A stretch of DNA of 32,000 nt from an uncultured archaeon (lineage in GTDB: Archaea; Iainarchaeota; Iainarchaeia; Iainarchaeales; CSSED10-239), in assembly GCA_964496765.1 (NCBI GenBank), contig CAZCAP010000002.1, positions 60,001-92,000 on the forward strand. Direction: 5' to 3'. The notes below the pieces were generated by a model, which did no database searches, was not told where the DNA came from, and saw nothing but the letters and a program-made list of their open reading frames with translations. Below, piece after piece: positions 1 to 7,540 of the stretch (position 1 is the first letter of the stretch; every line of letters begins with the position of its first letter). Both the position numbers and the translations under genes were made by a program.

Positions 1-2074
1 TCTCATCAAGTATCACAAATGAGTTTTTGGTTGCGTGATTAAGAATATACGCAACTTCTGACATTTCAACAAGAAAAGTACTTTGACCATGAAGAATATC
101 ATCGGAGGCACCAACCCTTGTAAAAACACCATCAACAATTCCAATCTCTGAATCAGTTGCAGGAATGAAAGAACCCATTTGTCCAAGAATTATAGCAAGA
201 CATACACTTCTCATATAACTACTTTTTCCTGCCATATTTGGACCAGTAATTATCATTGTCCTATTACTATTTGTTAAATCACAATCATTTGGAATGAAAT
301 CCACTAGCGTCTCAATTATTGGATGTCTTAAATCTTTAAAATAAACTTTATCGGATGTTGTTAATTTTGGTTTAGAGTAATTATTAGATATTGCTATTTT
401 TGCATGAGAAGCACAAGTATCTAGTGCACCCAATTGCTTTGCAATAGATTGTATTTGTTCTTGGAATTTAATTACAAATTTACATATATCCAAGAAAATA
501 ATATATTCTAACTCTATCCTCTTATCTTCTGAATTTAAATATATTCCTTCTTTTTCAATTAATTCTTTTGTTGTGAATCTTTCTGCATTTACTAACGTTT
601 GTTTTCTTTCAAAATAATCAGGAACTGTTTTTAATTGTGCCTTAGGAACTTCAATATAGTAGCCATAGACTTTGTTATATTTTAGTTTTAAGGATTTAAT
701 GTTTGTTTCATTTCTTAGTCTTGCTTCAAATTCAACAACCCAGGAATTTATGTATTTATGAGTATTTATTAAATCACTTAATTCCTTTGAATAATTTGGG
801 TTAATAAATTTACCATCTCTCACACTAAATGGAGGGTCTTCAACTATTGATTCATCTAACACCTTTCTTAATTCTTCAAGATCGATTAGATTATCCCTAA
901 TTAATTTTAAATTTATTGAATTAGTGTCCAACAGAGTTGATTTTATTTTTGGAATTACCTCTAAACTTTGACGAAGAGAAACTAAATCCCTTGGAGATGC
1001 ATTTCCAAATCCAACTTTACTTATGACCCTATCCAAATCACTAATGTAAGCTAAATCATTAGTTATGTTTTCAAGTAGGGTATAATCTTCAATGAATTCA
1101 CTAACTGAATCTTGTATTCTAGTTGCCTCTGATTTATCTAGAAGAGGATGAAGTATATCGAAATAAAGTTTTCTAAATCCCATTGCGGTTTTGGTTTTAT
1201 TAATTAGATTAAATAAAGAATCTTTGTGGGTGTTATCCTGGAGATTTGTAATTAATTCTAGGTTTCTCACAGTTTTTTTATCTAACTTAAGATATTTATT
1301 AGAATCTAGTTGTTTAATTGTATTAATGTATTTTAATTCAGAAAATTGTGTTTCTTTTAAATATTTAAGTGCATTATATGCAGATATATAGGTTTCATTA
1401 TTATTGATTCCAAAAGAATCAAGAGTTTTTAAATTAAAATGATTCTTAAGTTCTTCTTCAGAAAGATTTGAATCTAAATTATCTGTGTAATTTATGATTG
1501 TATGTGGAATTATTTTTTTAATATTATCAATAATCGTTTGATATTTTAAAATATTTTTTGTTAATATTAATTCTTTTGGTTTAATCAAACTCAATTCATT
1601 AAAAATATCATTTACTGTAGTAAAAAAACCAATCTTAAACTCACCGGTTGTAATATCAACCAGAGAAAACCCAAAAGCATCTTTAATTTGAGAGATTGAA
1701 CATAAAAAATTATTTTCATAGGATTCTGAAAATAAAGTACTAGGTGTTATTACTCTAGTTACTGCTCTTTTTACAATTCCTTTAGCTAATTTGGGATTTT
1801 CTACTTGTTCGCAAACAACAACCTTCTTTCCTGCCTTAATTAGCTTGTTTATGTATGGATCTATTGAGTGGTATGGAATTCCTGCGAGTGGTGCCTCTGT
1901 TTCACCCTTACCTCTCTTTGTTAATGTTATATTTAGTATTAGAGACGCTGTTTTAGCATCATCATAAAACATTTCATAAAAATCTCCTGCCCTAAATAAC
2001 AATATACCATCAGGATATTCTTTTTTTACTGCAATGTATTGTTTCATCATTGGGGTTAGTATTTTTCCATCCAT
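1..2074 (-). CDS. mutS: DNA mismatch repair protein MutS, C-terminally truncated by window edge
   Basis: Own reverse-strand translation from ATG at 2074: MDGKILTPMMKQYIAVKKEYPDGILLFRAGDFYEMFYDDAKTASLILNITLTKRGKG..APLAGIPYHSID (MutS domain I), and near the left edge TMIITGPNMAGKSSYMRS (MutS Walker A) and FTRVGASDDILHGQSTFLVEMSE. Confidence 0.95.
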   Translation of the reverse strand, partial: MDGKILTPMMKQYIAVKKEYPDGILLFRAGDFYEMFYDDAKTASLILNITLTKRGKGETEAPLAGIPYHSIDPYINKLIKAGKKVVVCEQVENPKLAKGIVKRAVTRVITPSTLFSESYENNFLCSISQIKDAFGFSLVDITTGEFKIGFFTTVNDIFNELSLIKPKELILTKNILKYQTIIDNIKKIIPHTIINYTDNLDSNLSEEELKNHFNLKTLDSFGINNNETYISAYNALKYLKETQFSELKYINTIKQLDSNKYLKLDKKTVRNLELITNLQDNTHKDSLFNLINKTKTAMGFRKLYFDILHPLLDKSEATRIQDSVSEFIEDYTLLENITNDLAYISDLDRVISKVGFGNASPRDLVSLRQSLEVIPKIKSTLLDTNSINLKLIRDNLIDLEELRKVLDESIVEDPPFSVRDGKFINPNYSKELSDLINTHKYINSWVVEFEARLRNETNIKSLKLKYNKVYGYYIEVPKAQLKTVPDYFERKQTLVNAERFTTKELIEKEGIYLNSEDKRIELEYIIFLDICKFVIKFQEQIQSIAKQLGALDTCASHAKIAISNNYSKPKLTTSDKVYFKDLRHPIIETLVDFIPNDCDLTNSNRTMIITGPNMAGKSSYMRSVCLAIILGQMGSFIPATDSEIGIVDGVFTRVGASDDILHGQSTFLVEMSEVAYILNHATKNSFVILDE

Positions 2075-2115
2075 AATTAAAACACATACAAAATTCTTTA
2101 AAAAGAGATTTATTA

Positions 2116-2189
2116 TGGGCTCGGGGGGATTTGAACCCCCGACACATAGGTCTTCAGCCTATTGCTCTCCCAGGCTGAGCTACGAGCCC
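2116..2189 (-). tRNA. tRNA-Phe (anticodon GAA)
   Basis: Reverse complement GGGCTCGTAGCTCAGCCTGGGAGAGCAATAGGCTGAAGACCTATGTGTCGGGGGTTCAAATCCCCCCGAGCCCA folds as a cloverleaf; anticodon loop CTGAAGA. Confidence 0.95.
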
Positions 2190-2224
2190 CATACATCTCC
2201 TGGCATAACTATAATAGATTTTGA

Positions 2225-2299
2225 TGAGCTTGAGGGGATTCGAACCCCTGACACCCGGATTAAAAGTCCGGTGCTCTAGCCAGACTGAGCTACAAGCCC
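2225..2299 (-). tRNA. tRNA-Lys (anticodon UUU)
   Basis: Reverse complement GGGCTTGTAGCTCAGTCTGGCTAGAGCACCGGACTTTTAATCCGGGTGTCAGGGGTTCGAATCCCCTCAAGCTCA; anticodon loop CTTTTAA. Confidence 0.95.
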
Positions 2300-2326
2300 T
2301 CTATTTATTATAGTTGTTGATGACCA

Positions 2327-2401
2327 TGAGCTCGGGGGGATTCGAACCCCCGACACCTGGATTAAGAGTCCAGTGCTCTAGCCAGACTGAGCTACGAGCC
2401 C
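2327..2401 (-). tRNA. tRNA-Lys (anticodon CUU)
   Basis: Reverse complement GGGCTCGTAGCTCAGTCTGGCTAGAGCACTGGACTCTTAATCCAGGTGTCGGGGGTTCGAATCCCCCCGAGCTCA; anticodon loop CTCTTAA. Confidence 0.95.
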
Positions 2402-2502
2402 GCAAAAACATACAATAAATAAAAACATAAATAAAATAAATACTTATCAATTTGAATATAATGTGCAATTCGTTTTAAAAATGTATTTTATATAATATAT
2501 TT

Positions 2503-3045
2503 ATGGGTAAAAAGATTTATAAAGTAAATATATTAAAGTTGGATCACAGACCAGAAAGAGATAAAAGAATAACTACACACTGTGCATTGGTTTCTCGTGC
2601 TCTTGGAGCAGATGAATTTTATTATTCTGGTATTGAGGATTATAGGTTACATGATAATATAAATAAAATTGTTAAAAAATGGGGTGGGGCCTTTAAAATA
2701 AATTATTGTGCATCTCCAACCACTCATATAAAAGAATTTAAAAAGAAAAAAGATGTGATTGTAATTCATTTAACAATGTATGGTGAACAGGTTGTAAAAA
2801 TTATTAAAAATATTAAATTTAAAAAAAATATTCTCTTTATAGTTGGTGGGCCAAAAGTACCTAGAGTTTATTATGATCTTGCAGATTATAACGTCTCAAT
2901 AACAAATCAACCACACAGTGAGGTTGCAGCACTAGCAATATCTCTATATTTTATATTTCCAGAAAAACTTGATGAAGATACCTTTAATGGGGATATTAAA
3001 ATCATTCCTAATGAAAATAGAAAGAATGTTATTAACTTAAAATAA
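2503..3045 (+). CDS. tRNA (cytidine(56)-2'-O)-methyltransferase, archaeal Trm56-like SPOUT enzyme
   Basis: Translation has the family-typical N-terminus (LKLDHRPERDKRITTHCALVSRALGAD) and a C-terminal FIVGGPKVPRVYYDLADYNVSITNQPHSEVAALAI knot region. Confidence 0.85.
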   Translation: MGKKIYKVNILKLDHRPERDKRITTHCALVSRALGADEFYYSGIEDYRLHDNINKIVKKWGGAFKINYCASPTTHIKEFKKKKDVIVIHLTMYGEQVVKIIKNIKFKKNILFIVGGPKVPRVYYDLADYNVSITNQPHSEVAALAISLYFIFPEKLDEDTFNGDIKIIPNENRKNVINLK

Positions 3046-3086
3046 GATAGTATCATAATTATATATATATTAATTATTTTCAGGTA

Positions 3087-3665
3087 GTGATAATTATGAA
3101 TAAGTTAAAAAAAGAATTACTAAGTGAGAAAAATACAAACTATTTTTTAGAACAAATCGCAGGGCCATTAGCCCCTAGTGTTGTTAAGATATTCAGCACT
3201 GAAGCGCTATCCCCTGAAGATATATCTAAGAAACTCAAACAAAAGATAACAACAGTAAGATCAACCTTAAATAGTTTGCATTATAGAGGGATTGCCTGTT
3301 ATAAGAAAAAAAGAAACGAAAACAACATGTATGAATTTCTTTGGGAAATTAAATTCAAAAAAATAATAGAAATATTATTATTACAAGAAATGAAAAAATA
3401 TAAGAAAAACGAAGATAATATTAATGATAAGGAAGTACATGATTTTTTCTATTGCCCAAATAAATGCACAGAGGTTGCTTTTGAAATTGCAGCAGCCTAT
3501 GACTTTAAGTGTCCAACATGTGGAAAGGGGTTAGAAATCGTAAATACAAAAAATAAAATTGTAAATCTTAAAAAACAAAATAAGCAAATTGCAGAAAGTA
3601 TTAAAAAACTTGAAAGTCTTATTGAAAAAATTAAAGATAATACAAATGGATACATTTGTGATTAA
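3087..3665 (+). CDS. tfe: Transcription initiation factor E subunit alpha (TFE/TFIIE-alpha)
   Basis: N-terminal winged helix (ALSPEDISKKLKQKITTVRSTLNSLHYRGIACYKKKR) followed by zinc ribbon (FFYCPNKC...FKCPTCGKGLE). Confidence 0.85.
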   Translation: MIIMNKLKKELLSEKNTNYFLEQIAGPLAPSVVKIFSTEALSPEDISKKLKQKITTVRSTLNSLHYRGIACYKKKRNENNMYEFLWEIKFKKIIEILLLQEMKKYKKNEDNINDKEVHDFFYCPNKCTEVAFEIAAAYDFKCPTCGKGLEIVNTKNKIVNLKKQNKQIAESIKKLESLIEKIKDNTNGYICD

Positions 3666-3720
3666 AAGTACCTTTTATATAGATTTTGGTAGCATAAATT
3701 AATATTTAGTACCTCTACTT

Positions 3721-3741
3721 TTAATAATATTATATTATTAA
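3721..3741 (+). promoter_or_regulatory. AT-only near-perfect palindrome overlapping the probable TATA region of the initiator tRNA gene
   Basis: TTAATAATAT-T-ATATTATTAA (10-nt arms, 1-nt centre), 22-42 bp upstream of the mature tRNA 5' end. Confidence 0.4.
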
Positions 3742-3762
3742 AGAAAAATATAGTAAAATAAT

Positions 3763-3837
3763 AGCGGGGTGGGGCAGCCTGGAGTGCCCGTCGGGCTCAT
3801 AACCCGAAGGTCGATGGTTCAAATCCATCCCCCGCTA
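3763..3837 (+). tRNA. Initiator tRNA-Met (anticodon CAU)
   Basis: AGCGGGGTGGGGCAGCCTGGAGTGCCCGTCGGGCTCATAACCCGAAGGTCGATGGTTCAAATCCATCCCCCGCTA; A1-U72 pair and GGG/CCC in the anticodon stem are initiator hallmarks. Confidence 0.93.
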
Positions 3838-3883
3838 TAACTTTTTTTATAAAAACAACAATATATTTAAAAATAACGAGTTC

Positions 3884-3902
3884 TTGTTATATTTGTTGGA
3901 CA
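3884..3902 (+). repeat. Dispersed motif TTGTTATATTTGTTGGACA, copy 1
   Basis: Exact read at 3884-3902, downstream of initiator tRNA-Met. Confidence 0.85.
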
Positions 3903-4069
3903 CAAATTCTAATTATCAAACTAATTATTTAAAGGCCTTAAAAAACGCTAAACCATATAAAAAAGGGGAAAAAGCTCCTAATTTAGCAAAAAAGGAAAAT
4001 AAGTGGTTAAAATCAAATATAAACCTATATAAAACCACAAAAGTAACTATATTTCATGGTAATTACTAG
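3884..4069 (+). CDS. Doubtful short ORF (61 aa, TTG start)
   Basis: Listed in the ORF track. No recognised family and no clear RBS. It begins in a copy of the dispersed TTGTTATATTTGTTGGACA motif and ends in the GTAATTAC cluster. Confidence 0.15.
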   Translation: MLYLLDTNSNYQTNYLKALKNAKPYKKGEKAPNLAKKENKWLKSNINLYKTTKVTIFHGNY

Positions 4070-4425
4070 TAATTTTAAAGTAATTACCTAAAATTAGATT
4101 TAAAATAACTAAATAAACACACCACATATACATAAATTTAATAACTACTATAATTAAAATTATAAAAAGTAGCAGATATCATAAAAATAATGATTTTTGT
4201 TATGTATCAACCACTGTAATTACTATAATTACCATATAAGCGCTTAAGTAATTACCAGCGTTACAGAAAGCTTTATAATAATTACGGTAATTACTATAAT
4301 AGATAACTATGAATTTAAAAGATATATTCAAAGGATTTACTAATATATTCAAATCCAGAAATAAACCAGATAACACAAATATCAACAATAAAAAAGATGG
4401 TAATTACCATAATGAACGTAATTAC
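4059..4425. repeat. Cluster of seven exact GTAATTAC palindromes (iteron- or operator-like)
   Basis: Exact copies at 4059-4066, 4080-4087, 4216-4223, 4248-4255, 4287-4294, 4400-4407 and 4418-4425. ATAATTAC variants at 4225-4232 and 4278-4285. GTAATTACTATAAT is a 14-nt direct repeat at 4216 and 4287. Confidence 0.85.
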
Positions 4426-4929
4426 GATGAAATATTAAATTATTCAAAAGATATGATAGTTGATAAACTAAGTAAGGAAGAAATAAATTTTGAAAAGCTA
4501 AAGACAATATCAGAACATACATCAGTATACAATGAAAAAAAAATTAATGGAATGATTAAAAATGAAGAAATAACAGAAAGTATAATAAAAAACACATTAT
4601 TAGAAAATAATAAAACAAATACAAATATTAGATCAATAACTGTTGAAAAATTACAAAATGAAATAAATACTGTTTGGGACATATTAAAAATTAAAGAAAA
4701 CACGCAAGCAGAACATATAATTAAATCAACACCAGCTGATAAATGGGTTACAATGGATGAAATTAGAAACAATATCAAAATACAGTTTAATGTAGAGTAT
4801 ATTAATGAGAAAAGCTTATACCCTTACCTAAAAACACTAGTGGATATCAACCTAATAAAGGTGAATAATATAGGTAAAAAGAGAACTTGGAAAAAAAATA
4901 TAATAGTTATTGAAAATAAAAGAAAGTAA
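4309..4929 (+). CDS. Hypothetical protein, 206 aa; possible winged-helix-like C-terminal segment
   Basis: Long ORF in AT-rich DNA. C-terminal region DKWVTMDEIRNNIKIQFNVEYINEKSLYPYLKTLVDINLIKVNNIGKKRTWKKN is compatible with a DNA-binding wHTH-like fold, judged by eye only. Confidence 0.7.
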   Translation: MNLKDIFKGFTNIFKSRNKPDNTNINNKKDGNYHNERNYDEILNYSKDMIVDKLSKEEINFEKLKTISEHTSVYNEKKINGMIKNEEITESIIKNTLLENNKTNTNIRSITVEKLQNEINTVWDILKIKENTQAEHIIKSTPADKWVTMDEIRNNIKIQFNVEYINEKSLYPYLKTLVDINLIKVNNIGKKRTWKKNIIVIENKRK

Positions 4930-4930
4930 T

Positions 4931-5545
4931 CTAAATATTATATTTCACTTTTAATTTATTATAGATTTCATAAAATTTTTGCAAATTATTCGAATGTTTA
5001 TAGCTTTCACTAAACCAGTTTGTATCTATTATTTTTTTCATAACATTTATCATAAGATTAATATAGTTTAGATTTAAATTATCTTTAGATAAAATTAAAT
5101 TAACCTCATCAAAAAGCTTAGTAGAGATATTTTCGTTATTGATTATTTTACAATCATTTATGTGAATTTCAATTGCTTTTATTATACTTTCTTCATCCAC
5201 ATCAATAAAATCTTTTTTATATTCAACACTCCAATTACCTTTGTTTTTCCAATTATGTGTTGGATTTTTACCAGTTTCAAAATATTCTATTAATTCATTT
5301 TCACACCCAATAGGTAAAATTAATGAATTTTTACCTGATTTTATATAGGGTAGACTAGATATTACCCCATTTCTAAAATAATTATATATTTTGTTGTTTT
5401 TTTTAGTTACATTTTGGGTATATCCATATATAGATCTAAATACCTTTTGATATAAATATGATGAGTGGGCAGTATTTTCTATAAAAGAAAATTTATATTT
5501 AATTAGCACTGATCTAATTTTTGTCATATAAGAGACACCCCACAC
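4931..5545 (-). CDS. Hypothetical protein, 204 aa
   Basis: Long reverse ORF converging on the 206-aa ORF with a 1-bp gap. The likely start may be the internal Met (MTKIRSVLIKYKFSF). No recognised family. Confidence 0.75.
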   Translation of the reverse strand: MWGVSYMTKIRSVLIKYKFSFIENTAHSSYLYQKVFRSIYGYTQNVTKKNNKIYNYFRNGVISSLPYIKSGKNSLILPIGCENELIEYFETGKNPTHNWKNKGNWSVEYKKDFIDVDEESIIKAIEIHINDCKIINNENISTKLFDEVNLILSKDNLNLNYINLMINVMKKIIDTNWFSESYKHSNNLQKFYEIYNKLKVKYNI

Positions 5546-5633
5546 TTCCTGTATTGTGTATAATTAATAAATAAATAGTTGTTATGTATATAATAATATA
5601 TATATATAAAAGATAAAAAAAGAAGATAAAATC

Positions 5634-6008
5634 TTATCTTCTATGTGTTGATGCTGTTGAATATTTACTTCTATATCCTATATATTTTTTTCTAATATGT
5701 GCATCTTTTGAATTTTCTTGCTCTTCTTCTACTTCAGAAGCTGCAATTTTAGGTTTGTGTGTTGTTGGAACATTACCTGCATTAATTAAGATAATATCAT
5801 CAACAGAGATTACTTTATTATAAGGTATACTATGATCTGTTATTATCTTTTTAGCTTCAACCTTTGAATTAACCTTTAATGGTTGTGTTGTTATTGTTTC
5901 AATAACACCTTGCTCTAAGTTAACTATGAGGTCATGTACCTTTCCCCTATATGTTGCATCTGTTTGATATAAATCCATACCAAATAGTTTTGAAATTCTT
6001 GTAGTCAT
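5634..6008 (-). CDS. PRC-barrel domain protein
   Basis: MTTRISKLFGMDLYQTDATYRGKVHDLIVNLEQGVIETITTQPL.. and IPYNKVISVDDIILIN are typical of archaeal PRC-barrel proteins. Confidence 0.75.
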   Translation of the reverse strand: MTTRISKLFGMDLYQTDATYRGKVHDLIVNLEQGVIETITTQPLKVNSKVEAKKIITDHSIPYNKVISVDDIILINAGNVPTTHKPKIAASEVEEEQENSKDAHIRKKYIGYRSKYSTASTHRR

Positions 6009-6209
6009 TTTTATTCCTCCAATTTAATATTATTAATTTGTATATTTGATGTAGTATGAAATATTTTTAAACATATTTATTTTATTTATTGGTATTTTTT
6101 GTGATTTTTGTTTGATTATCAAAAAAATAGTGTTTTTTGTGTTGTTTTCTGCTTTTTCTGTGGCTTTTTGTATTAAAATGAATTAAAAATATTAGAGGAA
6201 TCGTGGGGT

Positions 6210-6674
6210 CTATCTTTTACTTATCGTAAAATCCCTACTTATTTGTTTTTTAAGAGTATCAATTTTGTTGGTTATATTAGATATAGTGGATTTTATAATA
6301 TCCACTCTTCTCCTATATTCTTCATACATTTTATATTCGTGTGTTCTTGTTGTACTTGTTTTAGAATTTGTGACTTGCTTATTTAATTGTTTTATATATT
6401 TATCTAGTTTTATACTACTATCCTTTAATTTCTTACTTAATTCTAGCTTATATTGCCCTAATCTTATAATTGTTATGTTTGTTTCCTGTACGTGTTGCTT
6501 TATCCATCTTTTTTTAGACTGTATTTCATTTTTTGTGGTTGTTGCATCTATGTTTTTTTCTTCAAATAATTTTTCTGTTTTTGCTTTTATACTATTAACC
6601 TTTCTATTAAAATTATTTCCCCCTAATTTAAATCTTATCGCTTTTAATGCTATAAATCCACCTTTTCTTAATAA
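6210..6674 (-). CDS. Lys-rich, coiled-coil-like open frame directly after and in frame with the recombinase stop; start codon unclear
   Basis: Own reverse translation, 154 codons: LLRKGGFIALKAIRFKLGGNNFNRKVNSIKAKTEKLFEEKNIDATTTKNEIQSKKRWIKQHVQETNITIIRLGQYKLELSKKLKDSSIKLDKYIKQLNKQVTNSKTSTTRTHEYKMYEEYRRRVDIIKSTISNITNKIDTLKKQISRDFTISKR*. This strand is a better candidate than the track's antisense ORF 6265..6897. Confidence 0.6.
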   Translation of the reverse strand, partial: LLRKGGFIALKAIRFKLGGNNFNRKVNSIKAKTEKLFEEKNIDATTTKNEIQSKKRWIKQHVQETNITIIRLGQYKLELSKKLKDSSIKLDKYIKQLNKQVTNSKTSTTRTHEYKMYEEYRRRVDIIKSTISNITNKIDTLKKQISRDFTISKR

Positions 6675-7535
6675 TTATATATTGTCCAACGGGTTTTTAA
6701 TTTCTTTTAATTTATTAGTGTTTACTTTTGTGTATATTTGTGTAGTATTAAGATTAGCATGTCCTAATAATTGTTGTATATATCTTATGTTTACATCATT
6801 TTCTAAAAGCGCGGTTGCAAACGAGTGCCTTAGCTTGTGTGGACTAACCGCTTTATTAATTCCTGCTTTTTTTGCAGATATTTTTAAAAATTTTTGAACC
6901 GTATCTGGAGATAATGTGGATCCCTCTTGATTACAAAATAAGTATTCTGATTTTTGTTTTTTCTCTCTTTCTTCTAAATATTTTTTATAATCAACAACCC
7001 AATTTTTAGATAGTATTATTATTCTATCTTTATTTCCTTTACCAGAAACCACTTTTCCTGTATGCTCATTAAAATCAAGATCACTTATTTTCATATTTAT
7101 ACATTCTGATATTCTAACTCCTGTTGAAAACATAAATTCTATAATTAGTTTATTTCTTTGGCTGCTTGTTGCATTAATTAGATCTTTGATTTCCTTTGGG
7201 GTTAGGGTAATTGGTATTTTATTTGATTTTTTAGGGAGCTTTATATTTAGCTCAAGTGGAGTCCTTAGAAATTCAGAATAAAAATGTTTAAGTGCAGATA
7301 ATATTAGGTTAAGGGTAGCAGAACTAACTCCTTTTTTTGATTTAAGTTGTGATAAAAAATTAACAACATCATCTGATTTAACCTCTCTTAGATCTTTTTC
7401 AATGTATTTTTGAAATATTCCTAGATACATAGAATACGTTTTTATTGTTTGCTCACTAAATCCCTCTATGTTTAATTCATTTTTGAATTTCGTTATTAAT
7501 TCTTCGTTTTTAGTATTTACTTCCATAAATTTCAA
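6675..7535 (-). CDS. Tyrosine recombinase/integrase, XerA/XerC/XerD-like
   Basis: N-terminal SAM-like domain; catalytic motifs STGVRISE, HKLRHSFATALLE, LLGHANLNTTQIYTKV (R..H-x-x-R..H..Y). Length of 286 aa is typical of chromosomal archaeal Xer. Confidence 0.93.
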   Translation of the reverse strand: MKFMEVNTKNEELITKFKNELNIEGFSEQTIKTYSMYLGIFQKYIEKDLREVKSDDVVNFLSQLKSKKGVSSATLNLILSALKHFYSEFLRTPLELNIKLPKKSNKIPITLTPKEIKDLINATSSQRNKLIIEFMFSTGVRISECINMKISDLDFNEHTGKVVSGKGNKDRIIILSKNWVVDYKKYLEEREKKQKSEYLFCNQEGSTLSPDTVQKFLKISAKKAGINKAVSPHKLRHSFATALLENDVNIRYIQQLLGHANLNTTQIYTKVNTNKLKEIKNPLDNI

Positions 7536-7540
7536 CTCTT

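Noticed and set aside
1191-1391. 66-aa plus-strand ORF
   Set aside because: Entirely antisense to the well-supported mutS coding frame.
2034-2279. 81-aa plus-strand ORF in the track
   Set aside because: It runs antisense across two tRNA genes and the MutS start; typical tRNA-derived artefact (GFEPPTHR..., GIRTPDTR...).
2225-2401. Two adjacent near-identical tRNA-Lys genes as a possible recent duplication or pseudogene
   Set aside because: They have different anticodons (UUU and CUU) and both have intact cloverleaf stems, so they are ordinary isoacceptors.
4200-4388. 62-aa reverse ORF over the palindrome cluster
   Set aside because: Overlaps the cluster and the 206-aa ORF start; low-complexity translation with no family signature.
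4440-4778. 112-aa reverse ORF
   Set aside because: Antisense within the 206-aa ORF; hydrophobic Phe/Ile-rich composition as expected from antisense of Lys/Asn-rich coding.
5577-5612. Run of TA repeats (tatataataatatatatatataaaag)
   Set aside because: Simple AT-rich promoter/terminator-type sequence between genes; not specific enough to call anything.
6285-6306. Inverted repeat AGTGGAT...ATCCACT as a dif-like or hairpin site
   Set aside because: Only 7-bp arms, lies inside a probable coding frame, and does not match the 28-bp archaeal dif layout.
6265-6897. 210-aa plus-strand ORF resembling a membrane protein
   Set aside because: Its second part is antisense to the recombinase and its first part is antisense to the Lys-rich reverse frame; the Phe/Leu/Val/Cys-rich translation is an antisense artefact.
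3763-7535. Possible tRNA-integrated element between initiator tRNA-Met and the tyrosine recombinase
   Set aside because: I looked for a second copy of the tRNA 3' end (ggttcaaatccatccc) and found none in the window, so no att pair or element boundary can be supported.
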